Assembly: GCA_963767735.1 (NCBI GenBank)
Contig: CAVYES010000005.1
Span: 480,001-544,000 of the forward strand
Length of the DNA: 64,000 nt
Origin: Candidatus Bathyarchaeota archaeon
GTDB lineage: Archaea; Thermoproteota; Bathyarchaeia; Bathyarchaeales; Bathycorpusculaceae
Direction of reading: 5' to 3'
Shown here: positions 53,104 to 64,000 of the stretch, piece after piece
How positions within the stretch are numbered: position 1 is the stretch's first letter
Layout: every line of letters starts with the position of its first letter
Position numbers and translations under genes: made by a program
Notes under the pieces: generated by a model
Told to the model about the DNA's origin: nothing
Database searches by the model: none
The model's input: the letters and a program-made list of their open reading frames with translations, nothing else

Positions 53104-54135
53104 CTAGCCGAAGAATGTTGCTGCTATGTCGTAGAGCTTAGAATCAACTGTTTTCAGTTTACCGATAACGTCTTTTAAGGGCACGGATACCATGGCGTTT
53201 CCTTGGATGGCAACCATCTGGCCGAATCTGCCCTCATGCACTAGGTCAATCGCAGCGATTCCAAATCGGGTGGCTAAAACCCTGTCAAACGCTGTCGGAG
53301 AACCACCGCGTTGAAGATGACCCAGAACCACCACCCTAGTTTCAATGTTTTCGCAGCTCTTCTCTACTTCCTTCCCTATGTAGAAACCCACGCCGCCAAA
53401 CCTTACATGCCCAAACTCGTCTACCCCACTACTATAAAGGATCTCTTCGCCACCTTTTGGTTTAGCGCCTTCAGCGGCAACTATTATGCTGAAGTTTCGA
53501 CCGCGTTTTTGCCTCTTTTTGATGCAATCGCAGACTTCTTCAATGTCAAAGGGCTTTTCAGGAATCAGAATGTCGTCTGCCCCTCCGGCAATCCCTGCCT
53601 CCAAGGCGATCCAACCGGTGTGTCTACCCATAACTTCAAGGATTAATACCCTGTGATGCGCTTCTGCCGTTGTATGAAGCCTATCGAGTGCTTCACAAGC
53701 AATTGCAACCGCCGTTTGAAAACCAAAGGTATAGTCCGTGCCAACAAGGTCATTGTCGATCGTTTTTGGGACTCCGACGACGGGAAGCCCCATTTCGTAT
53801 AGTTTGTAGGCTACACCAAGCGTATCTTCTCCGCCTATTGCGATAACTGCTTCAATGCCGTTCTCGGAAACGTTTTTCAGGATATATTTTGCTCCGTCTT
53901 CGCTCTTGAAAGGGTTGGTCCTCGACGTGCCTAGTATTGATCCGCCCTTGGGAAGCAGGCCTGTAATGGTATTCAGGTCTAAGGGGATGAATTCACCTTC
54001 GATTAATCCTTTCCAGCCGTCTTTAATGCCTACAGTTTCATATTCGTAGTCTTGAATTGCTTTTCTAACGATGGCTCTTAGGGCGGCGTTGATTCCAGGT
54101 GCGTCTCCCCCGCCGCTCAATATACCAACTTTCAT
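53104..54135 (-). CDS. pfkA: 6-phosphofructokinase (PfkA family, PPi-dependent signature)
   Basis: GGDAPG.N, GGEDT, PKTIDND, EVMGR, LGHLQRGG. Confidence 0.93.
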   Translation of the reverse strand: MKVGILSGGGDAPGINAALRAIVRKAIQDYEYETVGIKDGWKGLIEGEFIPLDLNTITGLLPKGGSILGTSRTNPFKSEDGAKYILKNVSENGIEAVIAIGGEDTLGVAYKLYEMGLPVVGVPKTIDNDLVGTDYTFGFQTAVAIACEALDRLHTTAEAHHRVLILEVMGRHTGWIALEAGIAGGADDILIPEKPFDIEEVCDCIKKRQKRGRNFSIIVAAEGAKPKGGEEILYSSGVDEFGHVRFGGVGFYIGKEVEKSCENIETRVVVLGHLQRGGSPTAFDRVLATRFGIAAIDLVHEGRFGQMVAIQGNAMVSVPLKDVIGKLKTVDSKLYDIAATFFG

Positions 54136-54423
54136 CTTATCTTCTCCCCTTTTGTTACTATCCTTTCTGCCTATTCAACAAAATGTAGCTTGATGCTATT
54201 ATAGATAGGAGTAACTGGACATTAATTCAACCAGTTATGAGTACGAAAATTGGATTGGAATATTTTTTGGATAATAGGTTACCGTCAGACCCGTCATAGG
54301 CATCTTGTCACTACGAGTAAACATTTGACCTCAAAAAAAGACGGGGTTCGCGGAGAAATAAGCTGGAGTAGGGAGGAATCCTTTCTTTCGAGGAAGATCT
54401 ATGCATTCACAGGGTTGAAACGG

Positions 54424-54657
54424 TTATTGATAGGTTTTATGTCTGTCGCTTGTTTCTTTGCTCACTTTGGTTTTTCCTAAACCGCCGTTGTGTGCGCTCA
54501 ACACGAATTGCAGCGTATTTTCCTTGAAAAATTCTCTAAATTGATTTCCACATTTACTACACTTATACATCTTAACTCGGAATCGCCCAAAGTCCCACTC
54601 CTTTTCAGGTTCTTTCACATGGGCTGCACAATTTGGACATTTCGGCATAACTTTCAA
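54424..54657 (-). CDS. small zinc-ribbon protein (Cren7-like pattern)
   Basis: CPNC...PEKEW...VKMYKCSKCGNQFR. Confidence 0.65.
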   Translation of the reverse strand: MKVMPKCPNCAAHVKEPEKEWDFGRFRVKMYKCSKCGNQFREFFKENTLQFVLSAHNGGLGKTKVSKETSDRHKTYQ

Positions 54658-54710
54658 CCTGCTAAGCTAAAAGACAAAATTGCTATATATACGCATTTCA
54701 AGCGATATCC

Positions 54711-54974
54711 TTAAGGCTGATTTGCGTTTCCGAAAATGGGTAATTTAACCCTGAGTGGCGAATTTAGATCATAATCCGTCTTATCCTCTGTTAGGGGCAA
54801 GTTTGAATTGTCGTCTCTGTTTTTTTCCGCGAGATTGGCGTATCCCGTTTCCGTTTCATTTAGCTTCTCGGGAACTTTCTTGTTCGCACCTGTGTATCGT
54901 CTCACTTCTTTTACGGGAGATTTTTGTGGCTTTTTTTCTTGTTCATCAGTCTTCACGCTTTCTTTTTCACTCAT
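54711..54974 (-). CDS. hypothetical charged protein
   Basis: 87 aa, GAGGTGA RBS upstream. Confidence 0.55.
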   Translation of the reverse strand: MSEKESVKTDEQEKKPQKSPVKEVRRYTGANKKVPEKLNETETGYANLAEKNRDDNSNLPLTEDKTDYDLNSPLRVKLPIFGNANQP

Positions 54975-55057
54975 GTTCTTTCACCTCGGCTTTTCGGTTT
55001 TTCTATTTTTCGAACAAAATAGTTAGTGAAGATAATGCACTTTTAGAATTGGATCCG

Positions 55058-55366
55058 TTAAGGCTTTAGTTCTCTGTCTTCCCTGTAGTCTCTATCCTCG
55101 TGTACTTCCTCTTCAGCTTCGTCTTCGTTTTCTTCTTCAGCCTCGCTTGCTTCTTCACCTTCAGCCATTGCTCTGTCTTCAGCTTCACCTTTTGGCGGAT
55201 AAGCTTTATCCAACCAAACTTCAAACTGTGTCTTGCTGTCCGAGCTAGAAAAAGCCCATTTGCACAATCCACTAATGACCTTGCTAACATCAATGTCACG
55301 GTCGTCAGCTAAACGTTTCAAAAACTCTTCCCAATTTGCAGGTAAAGACACTGAGAAACTACCCAT
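55058..55366 (-). CDS. RHH-like protein with acidic tail
   Basis: FSVSLP...FL.RLA......SKVI followed by an E-rich tail. Confidence 0.6.
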   Translation of the reverse strand: MGSFSVSLPANWEEFLKRLADDRDIDVSKVISGLCKWAFSSSDSKTQFEVWLDKAYPPKGEAEDRAMAEGEEASEAEEENEDEAEEEVHEDRDYREDRELKP

Positions 55367-55533
55367 TCAAAAACGATCTCCACTATCATCTTAGTGTCAA
55401 GTAATATTTAAGTTTCAATGCACGTGAGAATTTTTACGCTCAGAAATTTACTTCAATTTTCTTCGTTTATTTGATAGGCTTAAAGTTCCTAAAGACCAAA
55501 TAGACTGGCTCGAAAAACTGGTAATTACCTAAT

Positions 55534-55686
55534 CTATCTTTGTTCTTTTAACTGTTGCAGGCGTTTGGCGACTTCTTTGGAAATTTTTTCTAAACCCACC
55601 GCTAATTCTTCACGATCAACTTCGTCTAAGGGGTACAATTTTCCTTCTTTATCGATGAAAACAAGTTCCAATTTCTTGTTAACCAT
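55534..55686 (-). CDS. small hypothetical protein (50 aa)
   Basis: Read by hand: MVNKKLELVFIDKEGKLYPLDEVDREELAVGLEKISKEVAKRLQQLKEQR*. GGAG RBS. Confidence 0.55.
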   Translation of the reverse strand: MVNKKLELVFIDKEGKLYPLDEVDREELAVGLEKISKEVAKRLQQLKEQR

Positions 55687-55799
55687 TATCTCCACCCGTT
55701 AATCATATTATTATTTGTTTACGCATCGCTTAAACTTCTCTTGCTCATTACTCCATCCAGGCAAACGTAACTTGCTTGAATTGCCCTTCTACAAAGAGC

Positions 55800-56053
55800 A
55801 AGACTTTGCAGGATAACCCGTTTAAAATTTTGGATGTGAAAGGGGTTGGCAGGTTGATGTCTATCACTGTTGAGTGGGGATGCAAAACAAGGCCTGAATC
55901 TCAAAATTGGAATTACGGTGAACAGGGCGGAGAGCCATCATCAATCGAGTTTTGTCACAGAATAAACTTGGATTACGTCAGTTGCTCACCTACAGGTTCT
56001 AGCGGCGCGATTGGCAGCGGCGCAAGCGAGCATTAAGAAAAAGAAGGGCATGA
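55800..56053 (+). pseudogene. C-terminal fragment of pyruvate,phosphate dikinase
   Basis: NPF.ILD..GVGRLM...GEQGGEPSSIEFCH...LDYVSCSP, then a shifted frame gives RLAAAQA. Confidence 0.8.
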
Positions 56054-56080
56054 TAAAACCATTGGCATGATAAAACCATT
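56047..56080 (+). repeat. 17-bp perfect tandem duplication
   Basis: GGCATGATAAAACCATT x2. Confidence 0.85.
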
Positions 56081-56148
56081 CCAATAAAGCCTATCCTGTC
56101 TTCTTTTGTCGTCTAATTTTTCGGCTAATAGCCTACCCTTTCATCCTG

Positions 56149-56496
56149 TTATATTGTGTAGTTGTCGCCTGTTTTGCTTTCTTCCGTTGTATAAAAGGTT
56201 GAGCAAAGCTTGCAGAAGTCAAGTGTTACTTCGTCCCAGGTTGTTTCTTGTTTTGCGAGGCGTTTAGCGGTTTCTTTGGCTTCTGCTTGGATTCTGGGTA
56301 GGATGTCGGTGAATTGTTGGGTGCCTTTGATTGCCCGTTTGGAGTTTATGTATTGGCTTACGGCTGCTTGGGTGGTTTTGAGTTTCTTTGCCGCTTCAAC
56401 CTGTGTTAAATGGTAAGTGTTGATGAGTTCTTTGGCGACAAGGGACCTGAAGACTGGAAGCACGTATTTTCCTATGGTTTCGCATCGAGCACTCAT
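56149..56496 (-). CDS. XRE-type HTH transcriptional regulator
   Basis: CE...YVLPVFRSLVAKEL...TQVEAAKKL.TTQAAVSQY...KR, C-terminal CKLC. Confidence 0.85.
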   Translation of the reverse strand: MSARCETIGKYVLPVFRSLVAKELINTYHLTQVEAAKKLKTTQAAVSQYINSKRAIKGTQQFTDILPRIQAEAKETAKRLAKQETTWDEVTLDFCKLCSTFYTTEESKTGDNYTI

Positions 56497-56510
56497 TTTG
56501 ATTCAGCAAA

Positions 56511-56525
56511 TATAACAGCATTATA
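56511..56525. promoter_or_regulatory. TATAAC-N3-GTTATA-like operator upstream of HTH regulator
   Basis: TATAAC-AGC-ATTATA. Confidence 0.55.
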
Positions 56526-56708
56526 CCTTAATAAATTAAATGGCAAAGCGTGCACTTGGCCTTTTTTTTCCAATAGACCAACTTATGGCAAATTATGAAT
56601 CATATCGACGTAAAATTGGTAATTAGCTAAAATGGCTGGACCACCTACTTATCCTGAATTATTGTTTTTTTTCTTATTATTTTGTTCGGTTTTGTGAAGT
56701 AAAGCTTT

Positions 56709-56739
56709 TATAACACCGTTATATTATAACATTGATATA
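56709..56739. promoter_or_regulatory. tandem TATAAC-N3-GTTATA operators upstream of cysK
   Basis: TATAAC-ACC-GTTATA (56709-56723) and TATAAC-ATT-GATATA (56725-56739). Confidence 0.65.
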
Positions 56740-56755
56740 ACAGGTGAATTAAAAA

Positions 56756-57704
56756 ATGACAAAAATCGCAAATAACGTTTTAGAAACAATCGGCAACACA
56801 CCATTAGTACGCTTAAACAAACTAACAAAAGACACAAAAGCCACAGTTGTAGGCAAACTTGAAGCACGCAACCCCGGAGGAAGCGTAAAAGACCGCATTT
56901 GCTTCAGCATGATAGTTGAAGCAGAAAAACAAGGCTTAATCAAACCGAACACTGTAATTATTGAACCGACAAGCGGAAACACAGGCATCGGCCTAGCCAT
57001 GGTAGCGGCGGTAAAAGGCTACAAACTCATCTTAACAATGCCAGAGACCATGAGTATCGAAAGACGCAACCTGCTCAAAGCTTACGGTGCAGAGTTAGTT
57101 TTAACTCCTGGTCCAGAAGGCATGAGCGGAGCCATAAGAATAGCTGAAGAATTGGCAGCAAAAACCCCTAACTCGTTCGTACCTCAACAGTTCAAGAACA
57201 TAGCAAACCCCAAAATTCACAGAGAAACCACAGGGCCAGAAATCTGGAATGATACAGACGGGAAAGTAGACATTCTAATATCTGGTGTCGGTACAGGCGG
57301 AACAATAACTGGGGTAGCACAGTACATAAAACCACTTAAAGCCCAATTTCAAAGCAATAGCCGTAGAGCCAGCAGCTTCACCAGTTCTAAGCGGAGGCAA
57401 AAAGGGACCACACAAAATCCAAGGAATAGGCGCAGGTTTCGTGCCTGACGTTTTAAAACGTGATTTAGTTGATGAAATCATACAGGTTAAGGATGAAGAT
57501 GCACTTCAAACAGCTCGACAATTAGCCAAGCAGGAAGGTTTACTTGTTGGCATATCCTCAGGCGCAGCAGTTTTTGCAGCAATCGAAGTAGCTAAAAGAA
57601 AGGAAAACGAAGGCAAACTCATAGTAGTCATCCTTCCAGACACAGGCGAACGCTACCTCAGCACAATACTGTTCCAAGAACCAGCTCCCACGCCATCTCT
57701 CTAA
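56756..57704 (+). CDS. cysK: cysteine synthase A, frameshifted at ~57338
   Basis: [24 protein letters not shown]. The shifted frame gives AVEP...[12 protein letters not shown]...PDTGERYLS. Confidence 0.92.
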
Positions 57705-57797
57705 CCTTTTTTCTTTTTTGTTAGCAAAAAACTCATAAGTCTATGTTTTATTGGCTGACTGGTCACAATTCATCTCGCAAAATAGGGGGTAAAGTAT

Positions 57798-59021
57798 TTG
57801 GATGTTAACAAAATTCGAGAAGACTTTCCGATTCTAAAGCGTAAAATAAACGACAATACTTTAGTGTATTTTGACAATGCGGCAACTTCACAAAAACCAA
57901 TACAAGTAATCAACGCTATAGTGGATTTCTACGAGAACCATAACGCCAATACCGGCAGAGCCGTCCATACGCTTTCTCAAGAAGCAACAGAGATGCAAAA
58001 AGAAGCCCGCGAAAAAGTCGCACACTTCATAAACGCCGCAGATAACGAAGTTGTTTTTGTTAGGGGCACCACCGAAGCAATCAATTTAGTTGCTTACTCG
58101 CTGGGTCTGCATACGCTGAAAAAAGGTGATGAAATCTTGATTTCAATGATGGAGCACCATAGCAACATTGTGCCCTGGGATATAATTTCGCGATTAAGCG
58201 GTTTAAAAGTCAAATATGTGAACGTTAACGATGACGGTTCGCTGAATTATGAAGACTTTGAAAGCAAATTATCCAATAAAACTAAAATTGTTTCTTTAAC
58301 TCATGTTTCAAACGTAACCGGCGCAATTAACTACATTAAAAAAATAGCTCGGGCGGCACATGATCATGGCGCATTAATGTTTGTCGATGGGGCTCAGTCT
58401 GTTCCACACTTGCCCGTTGATGTTAAAGATTTAGATATCGATTTTTTAGCGTTCTCTGGTCATAAAATGCTTGGACCAACAGGAATAGGCGTACTTTACG
58501 GCAAAGCGGAGATTCTTGAAAAGATGGCTCCTTTCCAAGGTGGTGGAAGCATGATAAGCGATGTTTCTTTCAGCAAGGAACAAGGGCAATGTAATATTGC
58601 TTTTAATAGTTTGCCTGGGAAATTTGAGGCTGGTACGCCCGATATTTCCGGTATTGTAGGTTTAGGCGCTGCCGTTAAATATCTTGAGCAAATAGGGCAA
58701 AAGGAAGTCTTCGAGCATGAGAGACTTTTAACTAATTACGCAATTAAGAGAATGCGTGAACTCAAGAACGTTGTTATTTACGGGCATAGTGATGAATCCT
58801 TGAGCAGTGGAATTATTCCATTCAACGTTGAAGGCTTATCATCTCACGATGTTGCCCTCTTTCTTGACAACTACGGCATAGCCATTAGAAGCGGTTTTCA
58901 CTGTGCACAGCCGCTGCATCAAATTTTCAAGTTGCAGTCAACTGCACGGGCAAGTTTCTACATATACAACACACTTGAGGAGATTGACCGTTTTGCGGAT
59001 ATTTTAAGAAAAGTTGTATAA
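57798..59021 (+). CDS. sufS: cysteine desulfurase SufS/Csd
   Basis: YFDNAATSQKP, EHHSN, FSGHKM, RSGFHCAQP. Confidence 0.93.
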   Translation: MDVNKIREDFPILKRKINDNTLVYFDNAATSQKPIQVINAIVDFYENHNANTGRAVHTLSQEATEMQKEAREKVAHFINAADNEVVFVRGTTEAINLVAYSLGLHTLKKGDEILISMMEHHSNIVPWDIISRLSGLKVKYVNVNDDGSLNYEDFESKLSNKTKIVSLTHVSNVTGAINYIKKIARAAHDHGALMFVDGAQSVPHLPVDVKDLDIDFLAFSGHKMLGPTGIGVLYGKAEILEKMAPFQGGGSMISDVSFSKEQGQCNIAFNSLPGKFEAGTPDISGIVGLGAAVKYLEQIGQKEVFEHERLLTNYAIKRMRELKNVVIYGHSDESLSSGIIPFNVEGLSSHDVALFLDNYGIAIRSGFHCAQPLHQIFKLQSTARASFYIYNTLEEIDRFADILRKVV

Positions 59022-59065
59022 CGTGGGTTCAATATTTTTCTATATATAATTTTCTTTTTATTTTT

Positions 59066-59654
59066 TTATTGATTTCTCGCTTTTAATTGTTGTATTTCAT
59101 TGTATATTTCGTTCCAGTTGTAAACTCGTTTTGTTAGGTTTTTAACGTTTAATGTTTTGTTCCATGGTTGATCGTAAACTAGAACATTTTTGACTTTTTG
59201 CGTCCATCCTAATGCTTCTTCAAGCGAATCTTCCACGATCAGATCTAATGGGTCAACTTTTGCAAGATATTTTTCACCCATATTTAAAAGGTGCAGTTGA
59301 GTGTATGGTACGCCTTTTTCTTTTAGCCAAGACTGCGTTATGTCTCGGAGAATGGTCGTATCGGCTTGTTAATAGATAGATGTTATGGCCTTCCCGGCTT
59401 AGTCGTTCTCTAAGGTTTCTTTGGCGCCTGAAGTTTAACGGTAAATCTTTCTTTAAAACTTCAATTATCAGTTGCTTTCCTTCAGATTTGGTTATTCCTA
59501 AAACAATGTTTAAGTCAAAACAGTAAATGTCTGTTTTCTTTAAAGCTAAACCGTAATTCTTCTTTATCGTTTCCAGAAGCGCTTGCGAGAAATCCGCGAT
59601 TACTCCATCAATGTCAAAGCCTAAATTCATCTTCCGTTTCCCATTTGAAACCAT
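59066..59654 (-). CDS. 5'(3')-deoxyribonucleotidase-like HAD protein, multiply frameshifted
   Basis: FDIDGVIAD, LLTSR, IVEDS, DQPWN. Three small insertions at ~59351-59431. Confidence 0.75.
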
Positions 59655-59877
59655 TCTGATTCTGTCCTTTCTAGGAAAAATAATCCAGATTGAACAGGAG
59701 TAACGTAAATAGGTTCAGTTAGCATCACGCAAAAGTTAATGGAGGAATTACGGTTTTTCTTCTGAGACGAGATTGTTTCGAATAGTTTTGCGTGCTTTCC
59801 AATTTTTCAGTCAGCATAAACTTTGCCTTCGTTAGGAATGTTCTGTCGCTTTTCTGTCGTAGCGCTTTTGGGATCAA

Positions 59878-60432
59878 CTATAGCATTCTCAATAAATCGG
59901 CTTTAGTGATGATGCCTATCACATGTCCCTTTTTCGCCACTAAAACCGCTTGGTAAGTTTGTAGTAGACTGGAAATCAATGATAGGGGCGCATCTTCCGA
60001 AACCTGGGGAAAAGCTTCTTCCATGATGTCTTCTGTGGGCAGGTTGGAAATTTGGTCTAAATCTTTGCCAGCCAGAATCTGCCTTAGAATGGTTTTTTCC
60101 GAAACACTTCCTACTGACTGTTTACCGTTAAACACGGGAATTTGGGAGTAACCATGCTCTTTCATTAGTTTAACAACCTTTAAGATTGGCTCATCTTTTT
60201 GTATGCTGATAATTTCGTTTGGTACGATTTTTCGTTCTTGGATTTTCGTTTTGGCTTCTAGCCGTTCAAGGATGTCGAAGATTGTTTTAACTTTGGTGTA
60301 GGATGAATCGATTGTTCCTGCTTCCAGCTTGGCGATTAGGGATTGGCTTACGCCTGCCATTTTGGCTAGTTCGGACTGATTTATGCCGAGTTGTCTTCTG
60401 CGTTTGGCAATGTCTTCTAGGGTTGGGAACAT
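59878..60432 (-). CDS. HTH + CBS-domain transcriptional regulator
   Basis: QSELAKMAGVSQSLIAKLE HTH plus CBS pair (YSQIPV, GIITKADLL). Confidence 0.92.
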   Translation of the reverse strand: MFPTLEDIAKRRRQLGINQSELAKMAGVSQSLIAKLEAGTIDSSYTKVKTIFDILERLEAKTKIQERKIVPNEIISIQKDEPILKVVKLMKEHGYSQIPVFNGKQSVGSVSEKTILRQILAGKDLDQISNLPTEDIMEEAFPQVSEDAPLSLISSLLQTYQAVLVAKKGHVIGIITKADLLRML

Positions 60433-60493
60433 GTTTTATGTAGTTGGCTTGATGAGTTAATATTCTTTTTGGAATATTTCTTGCAAAAAGGCA

Positions 60494-60508
60494 TATAACG
60501 GCGTTATT
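60494..60508. promoter_or_regulatory. TATAAC-N3-GTTAT operator upstream of metY
   Basis: TATAAC-GGC-GTTATT. Confidence 0.6.
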
Positions 60509-60519
60509 GGATGTCTTGA

Positions 60520-61851
<1,332 letters not shown>

Positions 61852-61860
61852 ACTTTCATT

Positions 61861-63009
61861 TTGGAGGCAATACATTTAGCAACAATTAACCAAACACTTC
61901 AAGACTCTGAAACAAAGCACTTTACATTCGCTAACCCACCGGAGGAACTGGTTCTTGAATCAGGCGAGAAACTTGGTCCAATAACGCTTGCCTACGAAAC
62001 TTACGGCGAACTCAATGATCAAAAATCAAATGCGATTTTGGTGCTTCATGCGCTCAGCGGAGACGCCCATGCCGCTGGAGTCAACGGCTGGTGGGACAGC
62101 TTAATTGGTCCAGGTAAAGGCTTAGATACAAACAAGTATTTTGTAATCTGCTCCAACATAATCGGCGGCTGCCAAGGCTCAACAGGTCCATCTTCCACTA
62201 ACCCGAAAACGGGCAAACCCTACGCCACCGATTTTCCCATAGTAACTATTGGCGATATGGTGAACGCTCAAGTTCATCTAATTGACCATTTAGGCATAGA
62301 GAAACTTCTCTCGGTAATCGGCGGCTCCATGGGCGGCATGCAAGTTCTCCAATGGATGGTCACCTACCCAGAAAAAATACGGTCTGCAATCCCAATTGCA
62401 ACGACGTTGAAGCATACGCCACAGCAGATAGCGTTCAACGAGGTTGGCCGCCAAGCAATCATGGCTGATCCAGATTGGAAGAAGGGGCATTATTACGGCT
62501 CTAAGGTTCCATCGAAAGGCTTAGCTGTGGCACGAATGATTGGGCACATAACCTACATGAGTGATGCTTCCATGGCTGAAAAGTTCGGCAGGCGCCTCAA
62601 AGAAGACAAAGAACCCTTCAAGTTCGGCGCAGAATTTGAGGTTGAAGGCTACTTGCATTATCGAGGCGACAACTTTGTCAAACGATTCGACGCCAACTCA
62701 TACCTCTACATCACCAAAGCCATCGACTACTTCAACATCCTCAACGGAAACAAAAACCTCGGTAACATTTTCGCTGGGCTAAAGTCAAAAGTGCTCGTAA
62801 TATCCTTCAAATCGGACTGGCTGTACCCATCCTATCAGTCTCAAGAAATTATGAAAGCCTGCAAACTTGCAGGAGTCGACACTACCTACTGTGACATAAA
62901 CTCAACTTATGGGCACGACGCATTCCTTTTAGAAACAGAGCAAGAAACTCAATTAATCAAACATTTCCTGAACACGGCTTCAAATGGACATAACGGCGGT
63001 GCACAATGA
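61861..63009 (+). CDS. metX: homoserine O-acetyltransferase
   Basis: [29 protein letters not shown]. Confidence 0.95.
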   Translation: MEAIHLATINQTLQDSETKHFTFANPPEELVLESGEKLGPITLAYETYGELNDQKSNAILVLHALSGDAHAAGVNGWWDSLIGPGKGLDTNKYFVICSNIIGGCQGSTGPSSTNPKTGKPYATDFPIVTIGDMVNAQVHLIDHLGIEKLLSVIGGSMGGMQVLQWMVTYPEKIRSAIPIATTLKHTPQQIAFNEVGRQAIMADPDWKKGHYYGSKVPSKGLAVARMIGHITYMSDASMAEKFGRRLKEDKEPFKFGAEFEVEGYLHYRGDNFVKRFDANSYLYITKAIDYFNILNGNKNLGNIFAGLKSKVLVISFKSDWLYPSYQSQEIMKACKLAGVDTTYCDINSTYGHDAFLLETEQETQLIKHFLNTASNGHNGGAQ

Positions 63010-63599
63010 AGCAGGCACCAGTCAAAGCAGAGCACAAAATCATCCTAAACTGGATTAACAAAGACGCTTCAGTGCTGGACCTTGGATGCGGCGACGGAGA
63101 ACTTTTAGCACGCCTCATAAACGAAAAGCAGGTACATGCGCAGGGAATAGAACTAAGTGAAACAGCAATTCAACGATGCGTCGCCCAAGGATTAAGCGTT
63201 TTTCAACAAGACATAGATACAGGTCTCTCTGAATACGCCGACAACTCATTCGACTACGTCATACTAAACCAGACACTACAGCAAGTGAAAAAACCAGACT
63301 TAGCCCTAAAAGAGGCCTTGCGAGTTGGAAAAAAGGTTATTGTTGGCTTTCCCAATTTCGTGCAGGCCTCAGCCAGATTCCAAATATTCTTCAAAGGAAG
63401 AGTCCCAGTAACAAAAGCGCTGCCTTACGAGTGGTATGACACACCAAACTTGCATTTTTTAGGTATTGCCGACTTCAAGGGTTACTGCAAAAAAAGAAAC
63501 ATACGCATCTCAGACTCAGCATTTATCAGAAAAAATAGAAAAATCAAGCTTCTTCCAAATTTGTTTGCAGAAATTGGGCTGTTTCTTTTATCGTCATAA
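63006..63599 (+). CDS. metW: methionine biosynthesis protein MetW
   Basis: [27 protein letters not shown]. Overlaps metX. Confidence 0.93.
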   Translation: MKQAPVKAEHKIILNWINKDASVLDLGCGDGELLARLINEKQVHAQGIELSETAIQRCVAQGLSVFQQDIDTGLSEYADNSFDYVILNQTLQQVKKPDLALKEALRVGKKVIVGFPNFVQASARFQIFFKGRVPVTKALPYEWYDTPNLHFLGIADFKGYCKKRNIRISDSAFIRKNRKIKLLPNLFAEIGLFLLSS

Positions 63600-64000
63600 G
63601 AAAAATATTTTTTTAAACTATATTTCTTAAAATTGGATATTGGTAGCTGTTTTGCTATACATTCTCAGTGAATACTCTCTTTTTAGCTGTTTATTCTATC
63701 GTATAAATTCTAAGTTCCGTTTCGGAGTTTAATGTGACATTTAAAAGTGTATAGTTTAAAATTTTCTATCTATTGTAGGTCATAAAGCATTGATTCTTCT
63801 TAATTTTTAGTTAAAGTGACTTTAGAATACATGCTATTTTTGCAAGATAACAGCGATTCCTTCAGCCTAATGTATAGTTATTCTCTGAAATACTAAATTT
63901 AAAGGTGACTTCAACTCTTTATAGAAACTTTACCCTCATGTTTCGCTTCATTAGGCAAATGTGTAGAAAGCTTAAATCTAAATTAAACCTAATGGAAGCA

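Noticed and set aside
63600-64000. AT-rich tail as a possible origin or promoter array
   Set aside because: No ORB-like repeats or cdc6 visible; context is cut by the window edge.

Overview
Archaeal chromosomal window, most consistent with Bathyarchaeia (archaeal 16S rRNA, rpl35ae, rpl37e, Lsm, NurA/HerA; the taxon is an inference, no search was run). The left ~25 kb looks like a defence/mobile island. It holds an SNF2-type helicase plus a sacsin-like GHKL ATPase with a degenerate HNH, a nurA-herA-mre11-rad50 cassette, a nuclease / small protein / short Rad50-like ATPase trio (Lamassu/ABC-three-component-like), a wHTH-antitoxin-MazF module and mobile-element relics. It also holds the best candidate for an undescribed system: a Ser/Thr kinase fused to a SAMHD1-like HD dNTPase, coupled to an adenine methyltransferase and an EVE-like protein, with a PPP phosphatase transcribed divergently. 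The right ~39 kb is mostly housekeeping: Mn/Fe uptake (MntR/MntH with operator palindromes), pst/phoU phosphate uptake, ribosomal and RNA genes, a solitary 16S rRNA with a bulge-helix-bulge processing stem, glgB and a PPi-type PFK, and a Cys/Met cluster sharing a TATAAC-N3-GTTATA palindrome. Several genes carry 1-2 nt frameshifts that look like long-read indel errors.
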